Shown here in pieces: positions 47,813-57,128 of a stretch of DNA of 64,000 nucleotides. The position numbers were made by a program, and so were the translations under genes. Numbering within the stretch: the first letter of the stretch is position 1; the number at the start of each line of letters is the position of its first letter. The notes beneath the pieces were generated by a model. It made no database searches. It saw only the letters and a program-made list of their open reading frames with translations, and was not told the origin of the DNA. Location of the stretch: positions 186,001-250,000 of the IMG/VR virus record IMGVR_UViG_3300033571_009404. One strand, given 5' to 3'.

Positions 47813-47904
47813 ATGCCTCTTGCCCCCTAAAAAGATTCAGGTATATATCATTAAAGAGTAGCATCTAGTCGTACCAATGTTCATCGTCTTAAAAGGAATG
47901 GATA

Positions 47905-50184
47905 ATGATGAATGTCGCTGAGCCTAATGAGCTTGACCTGCGCCTCTTAGGCGTATCGGGCATGTCTCCTTGGGATGGTAATACCTCAAGTCCCCGTAAA
48001 CAGATGTTTGCCAGTCACATTACCCAACGACTGGTTATCGAGCATCCGACTGAGCGTTTCTTTCAGACCGGTATGGAGCGTGAATTTGGCAAATACACGT
48101 TCTCAGTAAAAGCTCCGTGCAACATGCGTGTCCATGCGATCATCGATCGCTATCCTCCCACACTGGACCAAGATAGCATCAAGCACAATCCTCAACGACT
48201 GGTATTAATCGAGAACACTGAAACCCGTGAGTTCGACTACATCAGCTTCGAGAACTTCAAGCAATACCATCAGTACTTTGGCTTCCCGCTGAAGAACACC
48301 AAAGCGATGTCCCAGATGTCGCCTAACGAGGTCTTTGCTAAAGAGACCGTATTCATGGATACCACCGCTAAAACGGAGAACGGTGGTTACATGACAGGTC
48401 GTGAACTCATTGTGATCTTCCTGTCGGTTCCAGGGGTAGCTGAGGACGGATTTGTGGTGTGTGAAGATGTTCTGCCCTTGTTCTCCTATCGCGTCTATGA
48501 ACAGCGCGTGGTGGACTTCGGTAGTAAGTATTATCCCCTGAACCTATACGGCACTGTTGATCGTTATCAACCATTCCCTGATATCGGTCAAATGGTTCGT
48601 CCTGACAGTATCTTGTTTGCGTCTCGCCCACACAACCAAGAAACGGCCATGATGGATCAGAACGTCTATAGCCTGATGCTGCCGGATGCGGTGTATGATC
48701 GTAAGGTCTATACCAGCCGCACAGGTGGACGTGTGGTGGATATCAAAGTCCATCACGATCCGTATAGCACAGCACCAACCACGCCGTATGGCATGGAAAA
48801 GCAAGCTGAGAAGTACGATGTCGCTCGCCGGATCTTCTACGAGAAGATTCTGAACGAATACCATCGCCTGCGCGGTCGCTATCGTGAGAACCTGAAGATC
48901 ACTCCTAAGCTGCATCGCCTTATCCTGGAAGCCAAGGGTGTCATCGAGAACAACGAACAGCTGAAGATCCAGAAGCTCTATCGCAAAGCACCCCTGGATG
49001 ATTGGCGTATCGAGTTCACGATCGAACATATCGTGATTCCTGGTATCGGTGCTAAGCTGACTGACTACCATGGCGGTAAGGGCGTTATCGTTAAGGTGAT
49101 GAAACGGGAAGACATGCCCAAGGATGAGTTCGGCAACAGTGCGGACATTATCGCCTGCGGTATGGCAACTGTGAACCGCATGAACGTGGGTCGTAAGTAC
49201 GAAGCCTACGGTAATGCAGCGCGTCGCGATGTCTTGAAGCGCATCACTGAAATGGCGATGACTGATCCGGCAGCACCGATCATCAATCTGGAAAAGCTGG
49301 GCATGGTCAATGGCCATATCCATAAAGTCAATGCCCAGGTGGAGATCAACCGCAAGGATCGTTATCTGAAGCAAAAGCTCGAAACCCTGCAATCGGTCAG
49401 TCCCAATACCTTCGACAAGATGTGGCGTTATCTGCTGGGCTTCTATAGCACCATCAATCCGGTCATGGGTAATTGGTTCGAGAGCGGTCAGTATCGAGAA
49501 ACACCAGCACATCACTTGGCACAGGTGATGAATAACGATATCTTCATCTACTCGCCTCCCAACAATGAGCGGCAGTGGGATAAGATCGTTGAGGATCTGG
49601 AAGCAAACTATCCACCCATGCGTTCGGCGATCACCTATCGAGGCAACTCGGGCAAGATGGTCACGACGGTTAAGAAGAACATCATGATGGGTAGTACCTA
49701 CTTCATGATCTTGGAAAAGGATGGTCAGGACTGGGCAGCAGTGGGATCAGCTAAGACACAGATTCACGGTGTGCTGGCACAGATCACCAATGCTGACAAA
49801 TACGCACAACCATGGCGTAGTCAAGCTATCCGGGCCTATGGCGAATCCGAAGTTCGTATTCTGGTGTCGTATGTGGGGCCGCACTTTACTGCGGAGTTGC
49901 TGGATCGCAATAACAATCCGGAAACTCACAAGGCTGTGCTGTATTCCATCTACGAGAGTGCAACGCCGACGAACATCCCCATGGCAGTCGATCGCAAGAA
50001 GATCCCCTATGGCGGTTCCAAGCCGCTGCAGTTGGTCAATCACATCCTCGAAGTGGGTGGTACGCGCTTCAAGTATACACCCTACACACCGAATTGGTCG
50101 TATCCGCAAGGTGCTATCGTGGGTAATGTGATTGGTTCTGATGCGATCACTGACGCCGTATCTGGCCTGGCCGTTAACGCCTAA
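47905..50184 (+). CDS. Non-virion RNA polymerase beta C-terminal subunit (phiKZ gp71-73-like), intron-free
   Basis: SSPRKQM, GAKLTDYHGGKGVI (beta H-region GxK...HG.KG), NRMNVGR and GESEVR motifs. Confidence 0.92.
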   Translation: MMNVAEPNELDLRLLGVSGMSPWDGNTSSPRKQMFASHITQRLVIEHPTERFFQTGMEREFGKYTFSVKAPCNMRVHAIIDRYPPTLDQDSIKHNPQRLVLIENTETREFDYISFENFKQYHQYFGFPLKNTKAMSQMSPNEVFAKETVFMDTTAKTENGGYMTGRELIVIFLSVPGVAEDGFVVCEDVLPLFSYRVYEQRVVDFGSKYYPLNLYGTVDRYQPFPDIGQMVRPDSILFASRPHNQETAMMDQNVYSLMLPDAVYDRKVYTSRTGGRVVDIKVHHDPYSTAPTTPYGMEKQAEKYDVARRIFYEKILNEYHRLRGRYRENLKITPKLHRLILEAKGVIENNEQLKIQKLYRKAPLDDWRIEFTIEHIVIPGIGAKLTDYHGGKGVIVKVMKREDMPKDEFGNSADIIACGMATVNRMNVGRKYEAYGNAARRDVLKRITEMAMTDPAAPIINLEKLGMVNGHIHKVNAQVEINRKDRYLKQKLETLQSVSPNTFDKMWRYLLGFYSTINPVMGNWFESGQYRETPAHHLAQVMNNDIFIYSPPNNERQWDKIVEDLEANYPPMRSAITYRGNSGKMVTTVKKNIMMGSTYFMILEKDGQDWAAVGSAKTQIHGVLAQITNADKYAQPWRSQAIRAYGESEVRILVSYVGPHFTAELLDRNNNPETHKAVLYSIYESATPTNIPMAVDRKKIPYGGSKPLQLVNHILEVGGTRFKYTPYTPNWSYPQGAIVGNVIGSDAITDAVSGLAVNA

Positions 50185-50194
50185 GGAGAAGTAA

Positions 50195-52264
50195 TTGAAA
50201 AGGATTAGCGCGCGCTTTCTGCTGAGCAAGACCAGTGAACAGCTCTGGAATGAACTGACTGGTCGCTTTGTAGTGGTATGTGACGACGGTGATCTGGAAG
50301 TCCATGCAAAGGATGTGTTGTATAGCACCTTTGTGTGGGATTACTTCCACCGTCGTCTCCCTCTGACTCCTATCCTGAAACGACACTTCTTGGTCAGTGT
50401 CTTGAAGGGTAAGCGCATGGAGATGAAGACTCACCTGGATCTGATCAAGAACACGATCTGGGATGCCTACGATGCGTATCTGGACAAGCCCATCCCAGAT
50501 ACATTCAATGGCGACATCATTCGTGAGATGCCAGAGATCCAGATGCGTAACCGTCTGGCAAAGTTGGTGTATGAAGCCACCAACGCGCTGTACAACGAGA
50601 TGAGCCAGCGTACCGAGGAGCATGTGCTGGACATGAGCATCTTGGACTTCACATCCATTGTGCACCATCCGGTCATCGCTGATGCGAATAGCAAGACGAC
50701 ACCGACTGAAGTGGGTATTGAAATTACCTACAACATCATCCGTGATAACCTGCGCACCAATGCTGATTTCAAGGATAATAACTTGTCTAAGGCATATCGC
50801 TCCAACCTGATCAAGGATGGTCAAGCGATGCAGTGTCTGTCTCATCGCGGTTTCCTGACAGACATCAATTCGGATCGTTTCGCTAAACCGGTGATGGCAT
50901 CATACACCACTGGTATTCGCCGCATCGATGATTCGATGATGGAATCTCGTTCTGCATCGAAAGCACTGGCTTTCACCAAGGCTCCTCTGCAAGAATCTGA
51001 ATACTTCTCGCGACGTCTTCAGCTGATTGCACTGACACTACGTAACCTGCACCCAGGTGATTGTGGTAGTCAGAAGTACCTGCTGTTTAACGTGCAGGGT
51101 GAAAAGAAGGAAGATGGCCTGGTCAAGCGTAAGTCTGACCTGGAATTCCTCGATGGCAAGATCTACATGGATGATGATGGTCAGCTGAAGATCATCAAGT
51201 CCAGTGACAAACATCTGGAAGGTCGCTCCCTGAAACTGCGTAGTGTGATCCACTGTCAGCACCCTGACCCCTACGGTATCTGCTCGGTATGCTATGGGGA
51301 ACTGTCCAAAGCAGTGCCCTACGGTACCAATGTCGGTCACATGAACACTTCCTCGATGTCTCAGGATGCATCACAAAACGTGATGTCGACTAAGCACTTG
51401 GATAGTAACGTTCAGATCGAAGGGATTACCTTGTATGAAGATCTTCGACGGTTCTTCAAGGTGGGTAGCAATGACCACCAGTATGTGCTGTCGGATCTGA
51501 TGAAAGGTAAGAAAATAAAACTCATCATCAATAGTGATGACATCCCCAACATCACTGACATCAAAACCGCAGAGATCGTTGAGATGCTCAACATCACCCG
51601 TGTGTCGGCTATCGAAGCCGTTACTCTGGACATTGAGCAGAAGTCCTCGGCTGGTACGACCTACGGTGAGGAAGTGACACTGGAAATCAAGCAGAAGGAA
51701 CGCAATGCTTCGATGACTTATGAACTGCTGCGATACATTCGTGAGCATGGTTGGACATTCGACAAGAATAACAACTATGTGATCGATTTGGCGAAGTGGG
51801 ACTATAGTCAGCCGATCTTTGCACTCCCGATGCGTCACGAAAACATGAGTGATCACGCCAAGGCAATCTCCATGATTGTCGAAAGCAATGTGAAGAACAA
51901 ACGTCAACGTGACATCGAGATGACGCCGGACTCGGCACTGATCGATCTGTTCCAGCTGGTCAATGAAAAGCTGAGTGTGAACTTGGCTGTTCTGGAGATT
52001 GTTCTCTATACAGCGATGATTGTATCGGCTGAAGAGAATGACTTCTCCATTCCGAAACCGTGGACGACCAACCGCTTGGGCGTAGCTAGCACTACTATCA
52101 CTGGCCGTAGTTTGGCTGCTGTCATGGCATTCGAGCATCATAAGGACGCCTTGATGTCGCCTAACTCATTCCTTAATACGAACGTCATGGATCATGACTT
52201 CGACTTCCTGTTGCTGCCAAGGGAAGTGGAAAAAGCCAAGGGTAAGCCGCTGGGTACGACGTAA
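50195..52264 (+). CDS. Non-virion RNA polymerase beta' C-terminal subunit (phiKZ gp74-like)
   Basis: TTG start after AAGGAG; bridge-helix-like ESRSASKAL...EYFSRRLQ, DCGS, C...DPYGICSVCYG Zn site, and QNVMSTKH trigger-loop-like segment. Confidence 0.9.
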   Translation: MKRISARFLLSKTSEQLWNELTGRFVVVCDDGDLEVHAKDVLYSTFVWDYFHRRLPLTPILKRHFLVSVLKGKRMEMKTHLDLIKNTIWDAYDAYLDKPIPDTFNGDIIREMPEIQMRNRLAKLVYEATNALYNEMSQRTEEHVLDMSILDFTSIVHHPVIADANSKTTPTEVGIEITYNIIRDNLRTNADFKDNNLSKAYRSNLIKDGQAMQCLSHRGFLTDINSDRFAKPVMASYTTGIRRIDDSMMESRSASKALAFTKAPLQESEYFSRRLQLIALTLRNLHPGDCGSQKYLLFNVQGEKKEDGLVKRKSDLEFLDGKIYMDDDGQLKIIKSSDKHLEGRSLKLRSVIHCQHPDPYGICSVCYGELSKAVPYGTNVGHMNTSSMSQDASQNVMSTKHLDSNVQIEGITLYEDLRRFFKVGSNDHQYVLSDLMKGKKIKLIINSDDIPNITDIKTAEIVEMLNITRVSAIEAVTLDIEQKSSAGTTYGEEVTLEIKQKERNASMTYELLRYIREHGWTFDKNNNYVIDLAKWDYSQPIFALPMRHENMSDHAKAISMIVESNVKNKRQRDIEMTPDSALIDLFQLVNEKLSVNLAVLEIVLYTAMIVSAEENDFSIPKPWTTNRLGVASTTITGRSLAAVMAFEHHKDALMSPNSFLNTNVMDHDFDFLLLPREVEKAKGKPLGTT

Positions 52265-52286
52265 GTTAAACGCATAAAGGTCTTTC

Positions 52287-53915
52287 ATGGCAGCATTACT
52301 CGATATCGATATCTTTACTCACTACTTCCGGGTACGCAATGTAAATCCGCGTGCGATGGCAGCGGTGAGCAATTTGGCAAGGCGCTACGTGCAGTTTGGA
52401 TATAAGTACAACCCACGAGGTGGTGGTTATAAACAGACGGCACTGAAAGCTTTTGCAGCTGCCACGGAAGACCGTTCAGAGCGGCGGTTCCACATCAACT
52501 CACTCAAGGAGTTTCTGGAGATTCTGAAAGAGTCGTACATTTCAGAAGATCAGATCAACAAAACTGAGCACCCGTTGATCGATCCGCTGCCTCTGAATCT
52601 GAAAGTCAAGGATGGCTGGGACCTTCGTGAATATCAAGTGGCTCCCCACGAGTATTTAACGAACCCCGGTAATCCGATCGTTGATAAGTACAAGGCTAAA
52701 GGTGCAACGGACTTCACCTACATCAACGTGGGTCCGACACCGCTTCGTATTCGTTTCCTCTCACTGCCAACTGGGGATGGTAAAACATTCACTGCGTTGA
52801 AGTCGATTGAAACTATCAACGAATGCACTGTCATCATTCTAAAACCTGCTTTCATGGAAAAGTGGGTGGAAGACCTTCACAAGACGTACTCAGACATCAC
52901 CGTCGATGACATCATGGTGGTATCAGGAGCAGATCAGTTAAAGGCACTGCTTGAATTAGCAGTTCTAAAAGGTACACCAGATTGGAAGTTCACCATCATT
53001 TCCAATAAGACGTATCAGAACTGGTTAAAGCTCTATGAGGAAAGCAAGGAAGGTACGTTAGCCGCTGGGTATGCATGCTTACCTGAAGATCTCTTCAGTC
53101 ATCTGCGTGCGGGTGTCTTGCTTCACGATGAGGTCCACATGGACTTCCATTTGAACTACAAGACCTTCCTATATACCCACGTCAATCGTTCTATTGCATT
53201 GTCTGCAACTTTATTCAGTGACGACGCATTCATCCGCCGGATGCATGAGACGGCATTCCCCAAAGAGCAACGCTACGAAGGGAAACTGAGAAAGAAGCAC
53301 ATCGAAGCCACCGCAGTCAAATGGCGATTCCATGATCCAAATGGCGTAGAGTCAGTCAATCCAAAGACTGGCATGTATTCTCACCATCTGTTCGAGCAAT
53401 CGATTCAAAAGAAAGAAGGCAAAGTACTCGCTAACTATCTTGGTTTAATCCGGCAGCGGTTGAAAGACCGTTACTTCTTCCGGTATAAGCCAGGGCACAA
53501 GGCGATTATCTATGCTGCTTCGATCGACATGTGTACTTTGATCGCTAACTTTATCCAAGAGCAGTATCCGGATAAGAAAGTGGGTCGATATGTAGAGGAT
53601 GATCCGTACGAGAACCTGATGGAGTCTGATATCGTGGTTTCCACACTCGGCTCTGCTGGTACGGGCATGGACATCAAGGGATTAACTTACGTGTTGTTGA
53701 CGGTTGCAGTATCGTCCACAGTAAGCAACGTGCAAGGGTACGGTCGTCTTCGGGAGTTCCCAGAGAATCATCCTGATTACGATTTCCCTCCGATGTTTGA
53801 CTACTTCGTGTGCTTGGACGACCCGAAACATATCGAGTACGCAATTAAGAAAGAAGAAATTCTGCAAGGCCGTGCACTGGTTCACCGCTCCATCACAATG
53901 GGCGAGCACGTGTAG
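52287..53915 (+). CDS. Superfamily 2 helicase (phiKZ gp75-like)
   Basis: Q motif LREYQ, Walker A LPTGDGKT, DEVH, LSAT, GTGMDI and QGYGRLR. Confidence 0.9.
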   Translation: MAALLDIDIFTHYFRVRNVNPRAMAAVSNLARRYVQFGYKYNPRGGGYKQTALKAFAAATEDRSERRFHINSLKEFLEILKESYISEDQINKTEHPLIDPLPLNLKVKDGWDLREYQVAPHEYLTNPGNPIVDKYKAKGATDFTYINVGPTPLRIRFLSLPTGDGKTFTALKSIETINECTVIILKPAFMEKWVEDLHKTYSDITVDDIMVVSGADQLKALLELAVLKGTPDWKFTIISNKTYQNWLKLYEESKEGTLAAGYACLPEDLFSHLRAGVLLHDEVHMDFHLNYKTFLYTHVNRSIALSATLFSDDAFIRRMHETAFPKEQRYEGKLRKKHIEATAVKWRFHDPNGVESVNPKTGMYSHHLFEQSIQKKEGKVLANYLGLIRQRLKDRYFFRYKPGHKAIIYAASIDMCTLIANFIQEQYPDKKVGRYVEDDPYENLMESDIVVSTLGSAGTGMDIKGLTYVLLTVAVSSTVSNVQGYGRLREFPENHPDYDFPPMFDYFVCLDDPKHIEYAIKKEEILQGRALVHRSITMGEHV

Positions 53916-53927
53916 ATGTCATTAATT

Positions 53928-53961
53928 AGACCATGGGGAAACCCATGGTCTTTATGACGTC
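53928..53961 (+). terminator. Hairpin with GAAA loop plus TTTATGACGTC
   Basis: AGACCATGGG-GAAA-CCCATGGTCT-TTATGACGTC. Confidence 0.75.
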
Positions 53962-54028
53962 CCTTGTTTTTTTTTGTGTTATCCAATAACCAACATCCTT
54001 TGTAGTGATCTATTTAAAGGAGGATGTA

Positions 54029-54439
54029 ATGACTACCACGGCAGATGTGATTGCTGTTCGGTTAGAGAGTATGTACCGCACTGGAATTAATGTGTTTACT
54101 TTCGAAGAAGGTGACTTCTTTGTGAGCGTAATCAGTCAAAAGAAGAAGTACCTTAAAGAGCTTATAACGCCTTCTCCGACCGTTTGGATCATCGAACATA
54201 AAGATCTTAGTAAAGGAGTATTCGGCGTCTCTATGGTGCCTTATAATCGTTTTAAAGAGCTTCGTGAGAAGGCTATTAAGGAACGGATGTTCCCGTTGTC
54301 TGAAGTGATGGTTTATCAGTACGAAATCAGCGAGATGTTTTTAGCAGCTACCGATATCGAGTTATTCCATTTGGATCAGAACTTCGTAGTTAATTGGCGA
54401 CCACTTATTAGTGCCAGTGAATTTATGGGTGCAGACTAA
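54029..54439 (+). CDS. Hypothetical protein (ATG 54029 preferred)
   Basis: AAGGAGG SD before ATG 54029, in frame with track ORF 54005. Confidence 0.65.
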   Translation: MTTTADVIAVRLESMYRTGINVFTFEEGDFFVSVISQKKKYLKELITPSPTVWIIEHKDLSKGVFGVSMVPYNRFKELREKAIKERMFPLSEVMVYQYEISEMFLAATDIELFHLDQNFVVNWRPLISASEFMGAD

Positions 54440-54444
54440 TCAAA

Positions 54445-54511
54445 TAGAGAGGGGGTATCTCCCTCTTTATGACGTCATAAATCCCTAGGCACCGAAGCAC
54501 CTAGGGATTTA
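54445..54511. terminator. Back-to-back terminators joined by the palindrome TTTATGACGTCATAAA
   Basis: AGAGGG-GGTATCT-CCCTCT hairpin, 16-bp palindrome at 54466-54481, then AAATCCCTAGG...CCTAGGGATTT hairpin. Confidence 0.7.
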
Positions 54512-54520
54512 CAGAGGGGA

Positions 54521-54994
54521 TTAATACGGAGGAATCAAAGTGACTTTCAACGGCAGTGGATCCAAGTACTCATAGATCAAGCTTCGCACATCACTCCATT
54601 GGAATGGTTCACTTCCATTATTCTTCCCACGCTGACCCTTACCGCAGCCTAAGCCTGGAATGGCAATAGAAGTAATACCCATCTTCCCATAGTTGTCCGC
54701 CAGTCGTTCTAACCCATGATCAATTAAGCTCAGAGGGGATCTAACTTTCCAGTGGTTTTTCGTAGGGAAACAAAGTACTTTCTTGTCATCCTTGTGGTCA
54801 AACAAGAAAAGTCCATTGGAGCTAAACACACCAAATTGGCATGCGCGTTGATATGCTGGGTAGAGTCCATCAAACTTTTCTCTAAAAGCATACGCTAATC
54901 CATTACCCATCACACCCACTTTATTCACCGGGCATACCAGTGTTTGGCAGTCTACCTTGAAGATATCAAGCCTTTTGTCTTCAACGATAATCAT
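54521..54994 (-). CDS. Stand-alone DarG-like macrodomain (ADP-ribosyl glycohydrolase)
   Basis: VCPVNKVGVMGNGLAYAF, FPTKNHW (DarG catalytic Lys position), SIAIPGLGCG and W..VR..I: the DarG macrodomain pattern. Confidence 0.85.
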   Translation of the reverse strand: MIIVEDKRLDIFKVDCQTLVCPVNKVGVMGNGLAYAFREKFDGLYPAYQRACQFGVFSSNGLFLFDHKDDKKVLCFPTKNHWKVRSPLSLIDHGLERLADNYGKMGITSIAIPGLGCGKGQRGKNNGSEPFQWSDVRSLIYEYLDPLPLKVTLIPPY

Positions 54995-55404
54995 GTTGGT
55001 AAGAAATCAGTTGGAGAATCATTTTCTTTGGACTTATTCCCATTGGTCAAGTTACTTGCTTCAGCCGCCTTACGATTGATGTAAGACTTAGCCTCAAGGA
55101 TAAGCAGATCGTTTAGCCACTTCGGATTCTCCATAAACTCCATGAAGGAACAGTTAAGGTGCTGTCCCATGTTGTAGTTATAGAAAGTCCGAATACGTTC
55201 GGGCAGTCCGGAATAGTGCTCACAGTCTTCTGTCCAGTAAAACGCCGTTACACCCATTGGGTTGGGTGGTTTACCGTCGTCATTAATGGCCAGATTGTAC
55301 TTCTGGTCGTAAGCCTGATCCATGACCAGTCGTACTTCCACAGACGAGAACTGTAGTCGGTCACGATCATGGGAACGTAACTTCTTAAAGACGCCGTCAA
55401 GCAT
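54991..55404 (-). CDS. T-domain-like ORF, probably expressed as the -1 frameshift extension of the upstream gene
   Basis: The frame stays open 41 codons upstream of ATG 55404, back to the T7 run; weak SD. YNMGQHLNCSFMEFMENPKW resembles tail-assembly chaperone extension domains. Confidence 0.6.
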   Translation of the reverse strand: MLDGVFKKLRSHDRDRLQFSSVEVRLVMDQAYDQKYNLAINDDGKPPNPMGVTAFYWTEDCEHYSGLPERIRTFYNYNMGQHLNCSFMEFMENPKWLNDLLILEAKSYINRKAAEASNLTNGNKSKENDSPTDFLPT

Positions 55405-55481
55405 CTCTTGGAAGTCAGCCCAAGGCGTTTTGGTATAACCAAAACGCTGGTGACCGACGTGAGCTAACGTGTGCGGTGACT

Positions 55482-57116
55482 TTAGGGGCGGAGGCTGATC
55501 CGGCGGATTTTCTGCACGAGTAGGGTAAAAAAAGCTGCCAGCGGATCGATGGGGACCAGAATCGGGAAGCGACGGGACTTAGCCGTTTTCTCGATTTCAG
55601 ACTTATCGAATGCAGGAACCGCACAGATGACGAACGTAACATCATCGATGTATTCACGTACCTTAACAAAGTACGAATCGCGCATCTCATCGTCAGACGA
55701 CAGATCCGCTAACATCTCATCGATGGTTTCACGCTTGGTCACGGTTTCCTTAGGATCGTTAGGATCCTCCGAGATGGTGATCTTTTCCACCCAGTGACTG
55801 TACTGGCGCATGTTCGACGCTTGAGCTTGCAGAGAGATCCGTTGATTACGGGAATCATCACTGATGTCTTGCGAGAACGCTTCTTCCGTCATGGCAACAA
55901 TACCATTGACCCAGGCTTGACCGGCATTGAAGTAATCCTTCAGCGACGGGACTTGGAAGTGCAGCCACATCTTGCGATTTTCCGACAGACGCACGATGTT
56001 CTGGCGTTCGGTGAATTCGTTTTGATATGTGGTCAGCATCTCATCAGTCATGGAGCCTTGAGTACGCGAACTCATCATCTGGATTTGACGAGGAGTCAGT
56101 ACCGAGTTGTCCACCCACATGGTCTTGCGCAGATCAATCAGACCATCGATCAAGCTACGTTCCTTACCACCAGCGTCAAACAGAGGACGCACGTATTGGA
56201 AGCCCTTTTGCCAGTGCAGTGCAGCCAGTGCATTCACAATAGCGTACAGGTCAGGCTGTTTGATGTACTGTTCCAGACGAGCGGCAGTCGGATCCTTCAG
56301 CGTGGTTTCCAGCATGTGCTGCATAGCGAAGTTAAACACTTCTTGTGCATAGAACACAGAACTGTTGCCAAAGGCAATACCGTAGGTAGCACGACCGAAA
56401 CGAATCTTCGATGCATCGATACGGTTAAACAGATTGACGATGGCGCCATCACTAGGTGCGCGCAGTGCAATCCAGAGACCCGAATGCCACAGGGGAACGT
56501 ACAGAACGTGACCCATGCCCATTTGCGAACGCATGCGAATCAGTGCATGAGTGCCCGACAGTTGCGACAGACCTTCAGAGCCGATGTTAGGAGCCGAAGC
56601 CACCAGGATCTGACCCTTCTCATTGCGCACCACTTGACGGAACTTCGAGTTCTTCTTGGACAGACGTCGTCGGAAGAAACCACCACGCACTGCGGTGTTC
56701 TCATTACCTTCTTGAATAGCAGCTAGCCATTCAGATGACTTGTCGTCATCGTATTCCACGTTCGGCAGATGGCTGGTGTATTCGGCCACACGAGGAGCGG
56801 TGTCTGTGGGTAGTACCAGTGTTTCCTTATTGGGATCGTAGGTACCAGGATTATGGGACAGGATTGCCCCTTCCATTTCCACAGTCGTCGAGTCCAAATG
56901 CGGCGGCAGTTCGAAGTAAGTGATGCTGGGAGTGGCGGCCTGCTCATTGTCCAGATTGGACTGAGTTTGATCAGCAATCTCAGTAGCAGCTGGGGTTTCT
57001 TGTTGAGCAGGGGTGGCCTGGTCGGAACTGAGGTTCATGGTCAGTTCCGGTTCATCCGATGCCGGAGGAGTTGGTACAGGCAAACTGTCCAGCTCGTTAT
57101 TCACATTGTCGTCCAT
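55482..57116 (-). CDS. Conserved phiKZ-like protein, candidate tail/baseplate assembly chaperone (G-like)
   Basis: 544 aa with an acidic disordered N-terminus; ends DPLAAFFTLLVQKI with the slippery site on FF. Confidence 0.65.
   Translation of the reverse strand: MDDNVNNELDSLPVPTPPASDEPELTMNLSSDQATPAQQETPAATEIADQTQSNLDNEQAATPSITYFELPPHLDSTTVEMEGAILSHNPGTYDPNKETLVLPTDTAPRVAEYTSHLPNVEYDDDKSSEWLAAIQEGNENTAVRGGFFRRRLSKKNSKFRQVVRNEKGQILVASAPNIGSEGLSQLSGTHALIRMRSQMGMGHVLYVPLWHSGLWIALRAPSDGAIVNLFNRIDASKIRFGRATYGIAFGNSSVFYAQEVFNFAMQHMLETTLKDPTAARLEQYIKQPDLYAIVNALAALHWQKGFQYVRPLFDAGGKERSLIDGLIDLRKTMWVDNSVLTPRQIQMMSSRTQGSMTDEMLTTYQNEFTERQNIVRLSENRKMWLHFQVPSLKDYFNAGQAWVNGIVAMTEEAFSQDISDDSRNQRISLQAQASNMRQYSHWVEKITISEDPNDPKETVTKRETIDEMLADLSSDDEMRDSYFVKVREYIDDVTFVICAVPAFDKSEIEKTAKSRRFPILVPIDPLAAFFTLLVQKIRRISLRP
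55527..55533 (-). promoter_or_regulatory. Putative -1 programmed ribosomal frameshift site T-TTT-TTT
   Basis: Minus strand GCT TTT TTT ACC, 14 codons before the stop; a -1 shift reads YPTRAENPPDQ... into the 137-aa ORF without a stop. Confidence 0.6.
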
Positions 57117-57128
57117 TGTACTCTCTGA

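Noticed and set aside
55415-55690. 91-aa minus-strand ORF crossing the slippery site in the +1 frame
   Set aside because: No SD, and it ends before joining any downstream gene; only the -1 frame links to the 137-aa ORF.
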